From an uncultured Clostridia bacterium (GTDB taxonomy: Bacteria; Bacillota; Clostridia; Oscillospirales; CAG-272): a stretch of 64,000 nt of DNA. The notes under the pieces are model-generated. The model was given only the letters and a program-made list of their open reading frames with translations, was not told the origin of the DNA and ran no database searches. Shown one piece after another: positions 36,886 through 47,148 of this stretch (positions are counted from its first letter, which is position 1; each line of letters begins with the position of its first letter). The translations under genes were made by a program, and so were the position numbers. The stretch is taken from positions 47,355 to 111,354 of the forward strand of contig CANRIL010000001.1 of assembly GCA_947630625.1 (NCBI GenBank), written 5' to 3'.

Positions 36886-38037
36886 ATGAACGCTTGTATC
36901 AACGGAGAACTCAGCCTCATCGGCATGAAGGGATGCGAAAAGTTCACAAAAGAAGTGGACGAATGGATCGCAACATGGCGGCAGGGAACGGAGGGCGAGC
37001 GCTCCGGCTACATCGTCAGAACGGACTGCCCGAGATTCGGTTCGGGCGAGGGAAAAGGACTCATATACGAGTCATTGCGCGGGCATGATGTCTATATCAT
37101 CTCCGATATGTTCAATTACGGCGTTACGTACAAGATGTACGGCGTTGAAACGCGCATGAGCCCGGACGACCATTTCCAGGACTTAAAGCGCATTATCGGC
37201 GCAATCGGAGGCAAGGCGCACCGCGTCTCGGTCATAATGCCGATGCTCTACGAAGGAAGACAGCATAAGCGCACCGCGCGCGAATCGCTTGACTGCGCGA
37301 TGGCGCTGAACGAGCTTGTCAACATTGGCGTTTCCAACATTATCACATTTGACGCGCACGACCCGCGCGTTCAGAACGCGATCCCGCTTTCGGGATTTGA
37401 AGACGTTCATCCGAACTATCAGATGATAAAAGCGCTTCTGCGCGAATTCCCCGATATTTCCCTTTCTCCCGATGATATAATGCTCGTGTCCCCGGACGAG
37501 GGCGCGATGTCGCGGAGCATTTATTACAGCTCCGTGCTAGGGATCGATCTCGGCATGTTCTATAAGCGCCGCGACTTCACAAAGATCGTCAACGGTAGAA
37601 ATCCCATTCTCGCTCACGAATATCTCGGCCGCGACATACGCGGCATGGACGTTATCGTTGTCGAGGATATGATCGCATCGGGCGACTCGATGATCGACGT
37701 ATGCCAGCAGCTCAAGGCAAAGGGCGCGGCGCACGTTTATGTGTTCTGCACGTTCGGTCTGTTCTGCAACGGGCTTTCCGCTTTCGACCGCGCGTATGAG
37801 GAAGGTATATTCACGCGCATATTCACGACCAACCTCATCTATCGGACAGAGGAGCTTCTTTCCCGCCAGTGGTATTCCGAGGTCAACATGTGCAAATATG
37901 TCGCAAACATCATCGACACGCTCAATCAGGACGAGACGATAAGCGGTTTACTCGACCCGGCGGCGAAGATACACGCCCGCGTTGAACAGCATAACACGCA
38001 TCTCGCGCAGCAGCAGATGAAGATCGCGCACGACTGA
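36886..38037 (+). CDS. prs: ribose-phosphate pyrophosphokinase, long (383-aa) variant
   Basis: ATG 36886 is preceded by GGAGGGGG. The ORF-track extension to 36739 runs through the repeat array. Motifs are GHDVYIISD, MPMLYEGRQHKR, FDAHDP and the PRPP loop VIVVEDMIASGDSM. Confidence 0.85.
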   Translation: MNACINGELSLIGMKGCEKFTKEVDEWIATWRQGTEGERSGYIVRTDCPRFGSGEGKGLIYESLRGHDVYIISDMFNYGVTYKMYGVETRMSPDDHFQDLKRIIGAIGGKAHRVSVIMPMLYEGRQHKRTARESLDCAMALNELVNIGVSNIITFDAHDPRVQNAIPLSGFEDVHPNYQMIKALLREFPDISLSPDDIMLVSPDEGAMSRSIYYSSVLGIDLGMFYKRRDFTKIVNGRNPILAHEYLGRDIRGMDVIVVEDMIASGDSMIDVCQQLKAKGAAHVYVFCTFGLFCNGLSAFDRAYEEGIFTRIFTTNLIYRTEELLSRQWYSEVNMCKYVANIIDTLNQDETISGLLDPAAKIHARVEQHNTHLAQQQMKIAHD

Positions 38038-38070
38038 ACAAATTATATTAATCCTCAAGGACGTTTATAA

Positions 38071-39804
38071 ATGACAAATATTAAAAAGCTGATCGCCGAC
38101 GCGTGCGCATCATCGATCGGGACAATCAACCCGTCCGCAAGCGTTTCGTCCGACACCGTTATGTCTTATCTTGAATATCCGCCGGACCGCGCGATGGGCG
38201 ACATTGCGCTCCCGTGCTTTAAATTCAGCCGCGAGCTGCGCATGGCTCCGCCGAAAATCGCTGAAGGGCTGTCCGCAGCGATCAATAATTCCGGCGCGCT
38301 TTCCGGTAAGGTCGACATGTCGGTCGTCGGCGGGTATCTGAATTTCCGCGTAGCGGAAGAATATCTCAGATCGTCCGTGCTGCCCGTTATATTGGAGCTT
38401 GGCGAGGACTACGGGGGGAGCGACGAAGGAAAGGGGAAGACGGTCGTCCTTGACTATTCATCCCCGAACGTCGCAAAGCCGTTTCATATAGGTCATCTCG
38501 GCTCCACCGTGATCGGTCATTCGCTCAAGAAGCTGCACGAATTCTGCGGATACAAATGCGTCGGAATAAATCATCTCGGCGACTGGGGGACGCAGTTCGG
38601 CAAAATGATCGTCGCTTACCGCAAATGGGGCGACAGGGAAGTGATCGAGGCGGGCGGCGTCGATGAACTCGTCGCGCTTTACGTCAGGTTCCACGAAGAA
38701 GCCGAAAAGGATGCGGCGCTCGAAGACGAGGCGCGCGCGGAATTTCATAAGCTTGAGGAAGGCGACCCCGACAATCTTGCGCTCTGGCGCTGGTTCATAG
38801 ATGTAAGCTTTAAGGAATATAACGTCACATATAAACAGCTCGGCATCGAGTTTGACAGCTACGCCGGGGAGAGCTTTTACACGGATAAAATGCCGGAGCA
38901 GGTCGAGCTTCTGCGCGAGAAGGGGCTTTTAAAGCTCGATGATGGCGCATCGATCGTCGATTTGTCCGAATACGGCATGCCGCCATGCCTGATCTTACGG
39001 TCAGACGGGTCGACCCTTTACCCGACGCGCGACATCGCCGCCGCCGTTTACCGCGCCCGGACGTATGATTTTGATAAGTGCATATATGTTACCGCGGCGG
39101 CGCAGAGCCTGCACTTCGCCCAGTGGTTCCGCGTCGTTGAGCTGATGGGATATCCGTGGGCTGACAGGCTCGTTCATGTTCCTTACGGCATGGTCAGCAT
39201 CGGCGGTGAAAAGCTCGCGACGAGGACGGGAAACGTCATTTTGCTGAAGGACCTTTTAAAGACGGCGATAGATAAGGTGTCGGATATTATCACCACCAAA
39301 AATCCGTCCCTTGAGGGCGAGGAGAAGCGTGAAATTTCCGAGGCTGTAGGCGTCGGGGCGGTCATTTTCCATTACCTTTTGAACAACCGCATCCGCGACA
39401 TGAGCTTTTCGATGGAAGACGCGCTCAACTTTGACGGGAACACGGGTCCTTACGCGATGTACACATACGCGCGCACGTGCAGCATAAAGCGCCGCGCGGA
39501 GGCGGACGGAGTCGTCCCGTCATGCGGCACGATAACGACGGAAGAAGAGCGGCAGCTTCTCATAACGCTTTCGCGTTTCGGCGAGGTCGTAAAGGGAGCT
39601 GTCCAGGAATATGAGCCGTCGCTCGTGACGAGATATATACTCGACGTTTGCGCGGATTTCAACCGCTTCTACCACGACTGCCCGATACTGAACGCGGAGG
39701 ACGAAGGCGTGAAATCGACGCGTCTTGCGATCACGACGGCAGTCAATTCCGTGCTCGGCCGCGCGCTCTCGCTCATCTGCATCAGAAAGACAGAAAAAAT
39801 ATAA
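38071..39804 (+). CDS. argS: arginine--tRNA ligase
   Basis: 577 aa. It has SSPNVAKPFHIGHLGSTVIG (HIGH) and a C-terminal DALR anticodon-binding-like region ending in the M-terminal motif typical of ArgRS. Confidence 0.9.
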   Translation: MTNIKKLIADACASSIGTINPSASVSSDTVMSYLEYPPDRAMGDIALPCFKFSRELRMAPPKIAEGLSAAINNSGALSGKVDMSVVGGYLNFRVAEEYLRSSVLPVILELGEDYGGSDEGKGKTVVLDYSSPNVAKPFHIGHLGSTVIGHSLKKLHEFCGYKCVGINHLGDWGTQFGKMIVAYRKWGDREVIEAGGVDELVALYVRFHEEAEKDAALEDEARAEFHKLEEGDPDNLALWRWFIDVSFKEYNVTYKQLGIEFDSYAGESFYTDKMPEQVELLREKGLLKLDDGASIVDLSEYGMPPCLILRSDGSTLYPTRDIAAAVYRARTYDFDKCIYVTAAAQSLHFAQWFRVVELMGYPWADRLVHVPYGMVSIGGEKLATRTGNVILLKDLLKTAIDKVSDIITTKNPSLEGEEKREISEAVGVGAVIFHYLLNNRIRDMSFSMEDALNFDGNTGPYAMYTYARTCSIKRRAEADGVVPSCGTITTEEERQLLITLSRFGEVVKGAVQEYEPSLVTRYILDVCADFNRFYHDCPILNAEDEGVKSTRLAITTAVNSVLGRALSLICIRKTEKI

Positions 39805-39831
39805 TTCTTTAACATATAACCGGAGGACAGT

Positions 39832-40602
39832 ATGTCAGGACACAGCAAATGGAAAAACATAATGCACAAGAAGGAGAAGACCGACGCGCAGCGCGCGAAG
39901 ATCTTCACCAAGATCGGCAAAGAGATCGCCATCGCGGTGCGCGAGGGCGGGGCTGACCCGACTTCCAACGGCAAGCTCCGTGACCTCATCGCAAAGGCGA
40001 AGGCGAACAACGTACCGAACGACAACATTGAGCGCACGCTGAAAAAGGCGTCCGGTGAGGACGGAACTGTTTATGAGGAAGTGACCTATGAAGGCTACGG
40101 TCCATCCGGAGTTGCCGTTATTGTTGAAACGGCGACGGACAACCGCAACCGCACAGCCTCCGATGTCCGCCATTATTTTGATAAATACGGCGGAAACATG
40201 GGAACGACCGGATGCGTCAGCTATATGTTCCAGAGCCGTGGACTTGTCGTTGTCGCGAAGGAGATCGAGCCGGATGCAAAGGCGCCGCGCGGGACGAAGC
40301 CGAAGCCGGTGAACGAAGACCAGCTTATGGAAGACGCGCTCGAAGCGGGCGCGACGGATTTCGTTTCAGACGAAGAATGCTTTGAAATTTCGACGGAAGA
40401 AAACGACCTCACCTTCGTCCGCGAAACGCTTGAATCAAAGGGCTATCCTATAGTTTCGGCAGACAGGGAAATGGTCCCCACGAGCTATGTGACCCTGACA
40501 GACGAGGACGATATAAAAAACATGAACCTGCTGCTCGAAATGCTTGAAGACAACGACGATGTCTCCGAGGTGTGGCACAACTGGGAAAACGAAGAGGAAT
40601 AA
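39832..40602 (+). CDS. YebC/PmpR family DNA-binding regulator
   Basis: It starts with the hallmark MSGHSKWKNIMHKK and also has NRNRTASDVR. Confidence 0.9.
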   Translation: MSGHSKWKNIMHKKEKTDAQRAKIFTKIGKEIAIAVREGGADPTSNGKLRDLIAKAKANNVPNDNIERTLKKASGEDGTVYEEVTYEGYGPSGVAVIVETATDNRNRTASDVRHYFDKYGGNMGTTGCVSYMFQSRGLVVVAKEIEPDAKAPRGTKPKPVNEDQLMEDALEAGATDFVSDEECFEISTEENDLTFVRETLESKGYPIVSADREMVPTSYVTLTDEDDIKNMNLLLEMLEDNDDVSEVWHNWENEEE

Positions 40603-40681
40603 TTTTCTCCGGAGCCGTTTTGCCACAATAAAAAAACGAGATCGTTTTTAGAATTTTCGCATTTCAAAAACTATATACAAT

Positions 40682-40724
40682 CAAAAAATACGAAAGTCCC
40701 TGAGCATCAGCCCGGGGACTTTTC
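40682..40724 (-). terminator. terminator of the ABC-DUF1854-ABC operon
   Basis: Stem AAAGTCCC (40693-40700) / GGGACTTT (40715-40722). On the minus strand it is followed by GTATTTTTTGA. Confidence 0.7.
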
Positions 40725-40745
40725 ATAATATCGGGATCTTTAAAT

Positions 40746-42962
40746 TTAACTCGACATGCGGGACATCTGGCGCTGCGCCATGACAAGACCGTAGTAAATA
40801 CCGCGGCGGCGCATGAGCTCGTCGTGGGTGCCGACCTCGGCGACCGTGCCTTTGTCAAGGACGATGAGCTTTGTCGCATTGCGAAGTGTCGAGAGGCGGT
40901 GCGCGATCGCTAAAGTTGTGCGGTTTTTGGAAAGCGTCTGAAGCGCGTCCTGGATCTGTTTTTCCGTCTCGGTGTCAAGCGATGCCGTGGCCTCGTCGAG
41001 GATCAGAATGCGTGGGTCGTGGAGCAGCGCGCGGGCGATCGCGATCCGCTGGCGTTCGCCGCCCGAAAGCGTGTGACCGCGCTCGCCGACGCGGGTGTTA
41101 TATGCGTCAGGCATTTTCATTATGAATGAATGCGCACCGGCGAGCTTTGCGGCGGCAAGCACCTCGTCGCGCGTCGCCGACGGCTTTGCGTATGCTATAT
41201 TTTCATATACCGTCCCGGAGAAGAGGAACGTTTCCTGAAGGACAACGCCGATCTGAGAGCGCAGCGACGATTGCGAAATATCGCGAATATCGACGCCGTC
41301 TATCTTTATCGAGCCGTCGTCAACGTCATAGAGCCGCATGACGAGGTTGATGAGCGTCGATTTTCCCACGCCGGAGCGCCCGACAATGCCGACAAAATCA
41401 CCCGGGCTGACGGTCAGGTTTATATTGTGCAGGACGTTATTTCCGCTGTCGTAGCCGAACGAAACATCCGTAAATTCGATATTGCCCTTGATATCGAGTT
41501 CAACAGCGTCCGCCTTGTCGTCAACGTCAACGTCTTCATCGATTATGTCGAATATTTTGACGACGCTCGTCATTGTGCGCTCATAACGGCGCGGGAAGTT
41601 CGACAGCCAGCGGAGAGGTCCGTATATGATCGAAACGTACGTCGTGAAGAGCTGCATGTCGCCGAGTGTCATTTCATGCGAAAGAATTTTTGCGCCCGAA
41701 TAATAGAGCAGGAAGAATTCGCCTATGCCCATCAGAAAGCTCATGAGCGGGGAGAATTTGGCGAAGAACGTCTCCGCCGTGATCTGCGCGTTGCATTCGT
41801 CGCGCGTCGCTTTGTCATAGCGCTCCATTTCGCGGTGCTCTGAGCCGTACGCCTTTACAACGCGTATCCCGCTGAAAATATCGTGCAGTATCGTGTTCGC
41901 GCGCGAATTCATGACCCACTGGCGGTGGAAGACACGACGCATGTACGTGTGGAACAAACGATTCGCGATCATAACGATCGGGGCGGGCAGAAGGATCAGG
42001 AACGCGAGCCGCCAGTCATACGCGAAAAGAATGACAGAAACGGCGAGGAAGATGAGTATCTGTTCAAGCGCGCTGCCGATATCGTTTGTTATGAAATTCT
42101 GAAGCTGGTTCGTGTCGTCGGTGACGCGGTTCATCAGCTCGCCCGCCGTGCGCTTCGATATTTTTGACACGGAAAGGCGCTGAATCTTATCAAATACCAT
42201 TCCGCGCAGCGCGACCATCATTCGCGTTCCCGCTTCTATCAGCGTCAGCCCGCGGACGACGCCTATCGCGCGCGTCAGGATATTGACTCCGAGCAGCGAG
42301 ACGATCACACCGATAAATCCTATTATAAATTCGCTCGTCTGTGAAAGCTCGTATGCGCCGTCGACCTTGATGTAATTGTCTATTAGGAGTTTATTCAGAT
42401 ATGCCGGCAAAAGCTGCACTATCGCCGAAATGAAGTAAAGCCCGATTGAGAGGAAAATGAAAAACTTATACGGTCTTGCTATTTCCCATATGCGCTTAAA
42501 ATAGCCGGTCTTTGCCGTACAGTGCGGGCAGACGTGCGAGCCGGACGGATATCTGATCCCGCATTTTGGGCAGGTGACATCTATTTCATTCTCATAAGCG
42601 TAGCTGTATGTGCCGCGCTCGCGGCGGCGGTTGAGCTGCCAGATCACGGATGAGATCAGGTCGCGGTGCTCCATCGTCGCGCGGCATAAGAGCATATGCT
42701 CGCCGTCATAAACGCATTCGGCGAAAACGCAGCCGACGCCGTTTGTAAAAATATATTCCGATATCTTATCCTGATCGAAATCGGCGGCGAGCCTGTCGTC
42801 CTCGTATACATAGACGTGCGTAGAGGTGACGGCGACAAACCCGTCAACGGGCGAATTTTCGTCCGGGCAGAGGTCAAAGCCGAAGGCAACAACAACGTCG
42901 TCCGGCTTTATACTTTGGTTTATGCGGCATAATCGCGTTGTAAGTTCAGCCCTTTCGCTCAC
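40746..42962 (-). CDS. ABC exporter half-transporter (TMD-NBD) with extra N-terminal domain and zinc ribbon
   Basis: 738 aa. Residues 1-130 form an unassigned domain, followed by CPKC...CPHC (residues 131-148), a six-TM exporter-type TMD and an NBD ([29 protein letters not shown]). Confidence 0.85.
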   Translation of the reverse strand: MSERAELTTRLCRINQSIKPDDVVVAFGFDLCPDENSPVDGFVAVTSTHVYVYEDDRLAADFDQDKISEYIFTNGVGCVFAECVYDGEHMLLCRATMEHRDLISSVIWQLNRRRERGTYSYAYENEIDVTCPKCGIRYPSGSHVCPHCTAKTGYFKRIWEIARPYKFFIFLSIGLYFISAIVQLLPAYLNKLLIDNYIKVDGAYELSQTSEFIIGFIGVIVSLLGVNILTRAIGVVRGLTLIEAGTRMMVALRGMVFDKIQRLSVSKISKRTAGELMNRVTDDTNQLQNFITNDIGSALEQILIFLAVSVILFAYDWRLAFLILLPAPIVMIANRLFHTYMRRVFHRQWVMNSRANTILHDIFSGIRVVKAYGSEHREMERYDKATRDECNAQITAETFFAKFSPLMSFLMGIGEFFLLYYSGAKILSHEMTLGDMQLFTTYVSIIYGPLRWLSNFPRRYERTMTSVVKIFDIIDEDVDVDDKADAVELDIKGNIEFTDVSFGYDSGNNVLHNINLTVSPGDFVGIVGRSGVGKSTLINLVMRLYDVDDGSIKIDGVDIRDISQSSLRSQIGVVLQETFLFSGTVYENIAYAKPSATRDEVLAAAKLAGAHSFIMKMPDAYNTRVGERGHTLSGGERQRIAIARALLHDPRILILDEATASLDTETEKQIQDALQTLSKNRTTLAIAHRLSTLRNATKLIVLDKGTVAEVGTHDELMRRRGIYYGLVMAQRQMSRMSS

Positions 42963-42998
42963 GTCAGCAGCCTCCTTTATAGTCGTTTATAGTCGTTA

Positions 42999-43562
42999 TC
43001 AGAGATAAAGCTCGATGCGCTTGAAGCTCTTGCGGTCGAGCGCTTCCGTGTCCTTTATCTCATATCTGTTTGAGTCGTTGTCCGTCAGGAAAATATGCTC
43101 CTGCGTCACCTTGATTATCGAGCGGAACGTGTCGCGCACCGTGAATGAGAGGCGGCGTCCGTCATCCGTTATTACATCCCAATATGAATAACCGTACCGC
43201 TCCTTGACCGAGAGTATCTTCGTTATAACGGGAGCAAAATACTTCCGGTCGAGCTCGTGCCGGAGCATTTTCGCCGTCTCCTCGTCAAATTCGGCGACAT
43301 CGGCTATAATGCCGATCTCAGCGCTGTCGCGGTCGAGCACGGAAATATATTCGTATGGGTGCTCATACGGAAACGAGCGGTGAAGATATATTCGCTCATA
43401 ATATTTTTCGCCGCCTGTCGGCTCGCCGTCGAGCCCATTGCCGACGGGGAGATCCACGCGAAGGGAGAGAAAATCGCCCTCTTTTCGGAACTCGGCGTTT
43501 TCCTTCGTAATATATGTGATAGATACGACATCAGAGAGCGCCGTCGTTTTAAGTTCTGACAT
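42999..43562 (-). CDS. DUF1854-like protein
   Basis: 187 aa, soluble. YERIYLHRSFPYEHPYEYISVLDRDSAEIGII...RKYFAPVITKI matches my memory of DUF1854, a family typically found beside ABC exporter pairs. Confidence 0.6.
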   Translation of the reverse strand: MSELKTTALSDVVSITYITKENAEFRKEGDFLSLRVDLPVGNGLDGEPTGGEKYYERIYLHRSFPYEHPYEYISVLDRDSAEIGIIADVAEFDEETAKMLRHELDRKYFAPVITKILSVKERYGYSYWDVITDDGRRLSFTVRDTFRSIIKVTQEHIFLTDNDSNRYEIKDTEALDRKSFKRIELYL

Positions 43563-43583
43563 GTGTATATTTCCTCCTTCGCT

Positions 43584-45908
43584 TTATTCCTGTATACCGA
43601 TGTTGCGCAGCGCGTCGAGCTGCATCTTGTAAAGCCCGTAATATATGCCTTTTTTCTGTATGAGTTCCGCGTGCGTTCCGAATTCCGGCATCTTGCCGTT
43701 TTCGATGACGATGAGATGGTCGGCGTCGCGCAGGGTGGAGAGGCGGTGGGCTATCATGATCGTCGTGCGCCCCTTTATAAGCTGTTCGAGCGCGGTCTGT
43801 ATCTGCCGCTCCGTCTGCGTGTCCATTGCCGCCGTTGCCTCATCCATGATGAGGATTCTGGGGTTAAGCAGTATAGCACGCGCGATCGAGACGCGCTGGC
43901 GTTCGCCTCCGGAGAGGTCCTTGTAGCCGAAGCCGATCATCGTGTCATAGCCGTCCGGCAGCTTGATTATAAAATCGTGCGCGCCGGCGAGCTTTGCCGC
44001 CGTCATGACCTCAACGTCTGTCGCGTCCGGCTTTGCGTATTTGATGTTTTCCTTGATCGTCCCCATAAAGAGGTACGTTTCCTGAGATACGATCGCGATA
44101 TTGCGCCGCAGCTCGGCAAACGGGATATCGCGGACGTTTACGCCGTCGATCTTTATTTCGCCGGAGATCACGTCGTATAGGCGGATCAGAAGATTCGCAA
44201 GCGTTGATTTTCCGGCTCCCGTGTGCCCGACGATCCCGATGATCTTGCCGGGCTCGATATCAAAGCTGACGCCGTCTATTATCTTGCGGTTCTTCTCATA
44301 TGAGAATTCGACGTTTGAAAATTCGACGTGTCCTTTTGCCTCGCCGATAGATACGGGGTTTTGACTTTCGACAACGTCCGGGATCGCGTCCATGATCTCG
44401 GAGAGCCTGTTCATCGAATTAAGGCTGTCTGTCATCGTGTATACAACGTCGATGAAAAATCCCATAGGGCTATATACCATATTCATATACGCCGTAAACG
44501 TGGCGAGCATGCCGTATGTAAAGCTGCCGTTGCTGCGGATCACCATCCAGCCGCCGGCGCCGAGCACGATGATGTTGCCGATGAAGAGCAGGAAATTGAC
44601 GACGGGAAACGCGGTCGTATTGTAGACGGAGGCTTTTTTGTCTGCCTCAGCGACGCGCCTGTTTCGCCCTTCAAATCTCGCGCTCTCCTCGTCCTCCTTC
44701 GAGAAAGCTTTGACGACGCGTATGCCTGTCAAAACGTCCGAAAGGAGCGAGTTCAGAGAGCGCGCCGCAGAGAAGCGCTTCGCGTGATATTTGTCCATCT
44801 TGTCAAACAGCTTCTTCATTAAAAAGCCCATGAGCGGGAGCGTCAGGAACGCCAGCAGCGTCAGCCGCCAGTTCATAATGAGCATTATGAAGATCACGCC
44901 GATGACCTGGAAGATGTTGACGAGAAAATACGGGACCGTATCACAGAAAAAGCGGTAGATATTGTTCGCGTCGCGGTTGACCTGCGTCATGAGCCCGCCC
45001 GTCTGCCTGTTGGTGAAATAGCTGATCGAGAGTCGCTCGATCGACTTGAATATCTCTTTTTTGAGGTCGTATGTGACTTTTGCCGCGATGACGGACGTGA
45101 TGTAGCTGTTCAGCATCGTGACGAACATCGAGATGACGCGCGTCGCAAAAATAATGCCGATGACGAGCATGAGCTTGCCGTAGAACATGCCGTCCTCCGA
45201 CAGGACCTGATCGTAATAGAATCCGCTCGAAATATACGGCGAGAGGACGCCGAGGCCGCTCGTGAGCAGCAGCGTCAGCATGATCAGCAAAAGGTGTACC
45301 TTATATTTCCAGAAAAAGCCGGAAAAGCGCTTTAAAATATGGACCTTGTCCATGCAGTGCGGGCAAATTTTGCGTTCCGGGTCTGCGTATCGCTTGCCGC
45401 ATTTCGGGCAGAAGAGCTCTTCCTTCTCCTCGTCGTCATCGTATTTGTGAAATTCGCCGTGTCCCTCGTCGCCCCCGTTCAATGCGACGTTTAAAAGGCG
45501 TACGAGCTTATATGCCTCGGACTTGAACGTGTTCGAGAGATTGGCGATCAAAATCGTATACGGAAGGGAATCCGCGGTCGGTTTTGCGTGCGCGACGATG
45601 CGCGCGGAGGACAGCATTTCCTCTACGTCGAATCTGTCAAATTCCGAGAGCTCATGGTAATCGTACGAAAGCTCTTCAAAGCCGCGTTCGAGCCGCGGAC
45701 GGCGCCACGGCGCCGTCTTCGGCGGCACGTCCGTCATTGTTCCGCCGAGGATGATGATCTCGTCCTTCGTGACAAATATGTAATTGTCGCAGGGAACACA
45801 GTCGCGGTCAAGATCAGTCTTTGCGGCGATCTCGACTGACGCGTAATCTATCCCTTTGACTTCTAACGCCGAGATTACTTTTGAAGGTATATCAAAAAGC
45901 TCTGTCAC
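43584..45908 (-). CDS. ABC exporter half-transporter (TMD-NBD) with extra N-terminal domain and zinc ribbon
   Basis: GTG start with GGAGGA upstream. 774 aa. Residues 1-165 form an unassigned domain plus an acidic linker, followed by CPKC...CPHC (residues 167-185), a TMD and an NBD ([29 protein letters not shown]). Confidence 0.85.
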   Translation of the reverse strand: MTELFDIPSKVISALEVKGIDYASVEIAAKTDLDRDCVPCDNYIFVTKDEIIILGGTMTDVPPKTAPWRRPRLERGFEELSYDYHELSEFDRFDVEEMLSSARIVAHAKPTADSLPYTILIANLSNTFKSEAYKLVRLLNVALNGGDEGHGEFHKYDDDEEKEELFCPKCGKRYADPERKICPHCMDKVHILKRFSGFFWKYKVHLLLIMLTLLLTSGLGVLSPYISSGFYYDQVLSEDGMFYGKLMLVIGIIFATRVISMFVTMLNSYITSVIAAKVTYDLKKEIFKSIERLSISYFTNRQTGGLMTQVNRDANNIYRFFCDTVPYFLVNIFQVIGVIFIMLIMNWRLTLLAFLTLPLMGFLMKKLFDKMDKYHAKRFSAARSLNSLLSDVLTGIRVVKAFSKEDEESARFEGRNRRVAEADKKASVYNTTAFPVVNFLLFIGNIIVLGAGGWMVIRSNGSFTYGMLATFTAYMNMVYSPMGFFIDVVYTMTDSLNSMNRLSEIMDAIPDVVESQNPVSIGEAKGHVEFSNVEFSYEKNRKIIDGVSFDIEPGKIIGIVGHTGAGKSTLANLLIRLYDVISGEIKIDGVNVRDIPFAELRRNIAIVSQETYLFMGTIKENIKYAKPDATDVEVMTAAKLAGAHDFIIKLPDGYDTMIGFGYKDLSGGERQRVSIARAILLNPRILIMDEATAAMDTQTERQIQTALEQLIKGRTTIMIAHRLSTLRDADHLIVIENGKMPEFGTHAELIQKKGIYYGLYKMQLDALRNIGIQE

Positions 45909-45959
45909 GCCGGGATCCTCCTTTTTTGTCGTGTTATGCGCCTTACGCGCGCATATTAC

Positions 45960-45988
45960 ATTATAATTTTGTCCTTCAGTGAAGTCAA
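45960..45988 (-). promoter_or_regulatory. promoter of the ABC-DUF1854-ABC operon
   Basis: On the minus strand: TTGACT (45983-45988), exactly 17 nt, TATAAT (45960-45965). Confidence 0.75.
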
Positions 45989-46095
45989 GTTAATTTTATA
46001 TTAAATTTCGTCCTTTTGTTCACAAATAGTTCATATTTGACCGCGCCGCAAGCGACAAGGACGATAAATTGCTGAAAAAAGTTTTGAGAATATTC

Positions 46096-46124
46096 TTGAC
46101 AGTCACGCGATTGCATGCTATAAT
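46096..46124 (+). promoter_or_regulatory. promoter of the MoxR operon
   Basis: A perfect consensus: TTGACA (46096-46101), 17 nt, TATAAT (46119-46124). Confidence 0.8.
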
Positions 46125-46175
46125 TACAGATAAAGAAGAATGTGCTCGCTTTAATACATCATGCGGAGGGGTAAT

Positions 46176-47123
46176 ATGGATCATACCGGAGTATCAGTTA
46201 TCGCAGGAAAAATCACTGAAAACATCGAAAACGTCATATACGGAAAGCGCGCCGAGATAAAGTATATCGTGGCGGCGCTGCTGTCGGCGGGGCATGTGCT
46301 GCTTGACGACATCCCCGGAACGGGGAAGACAACGTTGGCGAAGGCGCTCGCAAAGTCGATCTCGGCCGATTTCAAACGCGTGCAGTTCACCCCCGATCTT
46401 CTGCCGTCCGACATCACCGGCATCAATTTCTTTTCGCAAAAGGAGAACGAATTCATATTCCGCCGCGGTCCCGTCTTTACGAATATCCTCATCGCCGACG
46501 AGATAAACAGAACGACGCCGAGAACGCAGTCCGCGCTGCTCGAATGTATGGGCGAGGCGCAGGCGACGATAGACGGCGTCACATATAAGCTCAACCCGCC
46601 GTTTTTCGTCATCGCGACGCAGAACCCGATCGAATCGCAGGGAACGTTCCCGCTGCCCGAGGCGCAGACGGACAGATTCCTGATGAAGCTCTCGCTCGGC
46701 TATCCCGACCGCAAAAACGAGCTTTCGGTGCTGAGCGAATATACGGTTTCCTCGCCGCTTGATACGCTCGGCTCCGTCTGCACGAGGGCGGACATTGTTG
46801 AAGCGCAGACTGCCGTTCGTGCGGTGAAGGTCAGCGAGCTTGTCAAGCAATATATTGTTGACATCGTTTCGATGACGCGCGAATCCGACCGTGTGCGCCT
46901 CGGCGTCAGCCCGCGCGGTACGCTCGCGCTGATGCGCGCATCTCAGGCGTGGGCGGCAATGGACGGCCGCGAGTATGTCCTGCCGGACGACGTGAAGGCG
47001 ACGGCGGTCCCCGTGCTCGCTCACAGGATCATTTCGCGTTCACAGGGTACGATAAGACTGACGGAATCGAACGCAAACATCATCGAGTATATAATCGACA
47101 CCGTGCCCGTTCCCGTGGCATGA
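46176..47123 (+). CDS. MoxR-family AAA+ ATPase
   Basis: ATG 46176 follows GGAGGGG, and ORF-track ATG 46161 is part of that RBS. Motifs are LLDDIPGTGKTTLAKALA (Walker A), LIADEINRTTPRTQSALLE (Walker B / sensor) and GVSPRG. Confidence 0.9.
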   Translation: MDHTGVSVIAGKITENIENVIYGKRAEIKYIVAALLSAGHVLLDDIPGTGKTTLAKALAKSISADFKRVQFTPDLLPSDITGINFFSQKENEFIFRRGPVFTNILIADEINRTTPRTQSALLECMGEAQATIDGVTYKLNPPFFVIATQNPIESQGTFPLPEAQTDRFLMKLSLGYPDRKNELSVLSEYTVSSPLDTLGSVCTRADIVEAQTAVRAVKVSELVKQYIVDIVSMTRESDRVRLGVSPRGTLALMRASQAWAAMDGREYVLPDDVKATAVPVLAHRIISRSQGTIRLTESNANIIEYIIDTVPVPVA

Positions 47124-47148
47124 CGCGCGGTGTGGCGGAGGAGAAAAG

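Noticed and set aside
36340-38071. A T-box or known riboswitch controlling prs/argS, or PurR PurBox-like sites (for example AATATCGAACC on the minus strand near 36614-36624).
   Set aside because: I found no T-box core (AGGGTGGTACCGCG-like) and no specifier/AGAGA elements. The prs-argS gap is only 33 nt. The PurBox resemblance is about 10 of 13 positions, with no properly spaced inverted partner. A cmsearch run would settle this.
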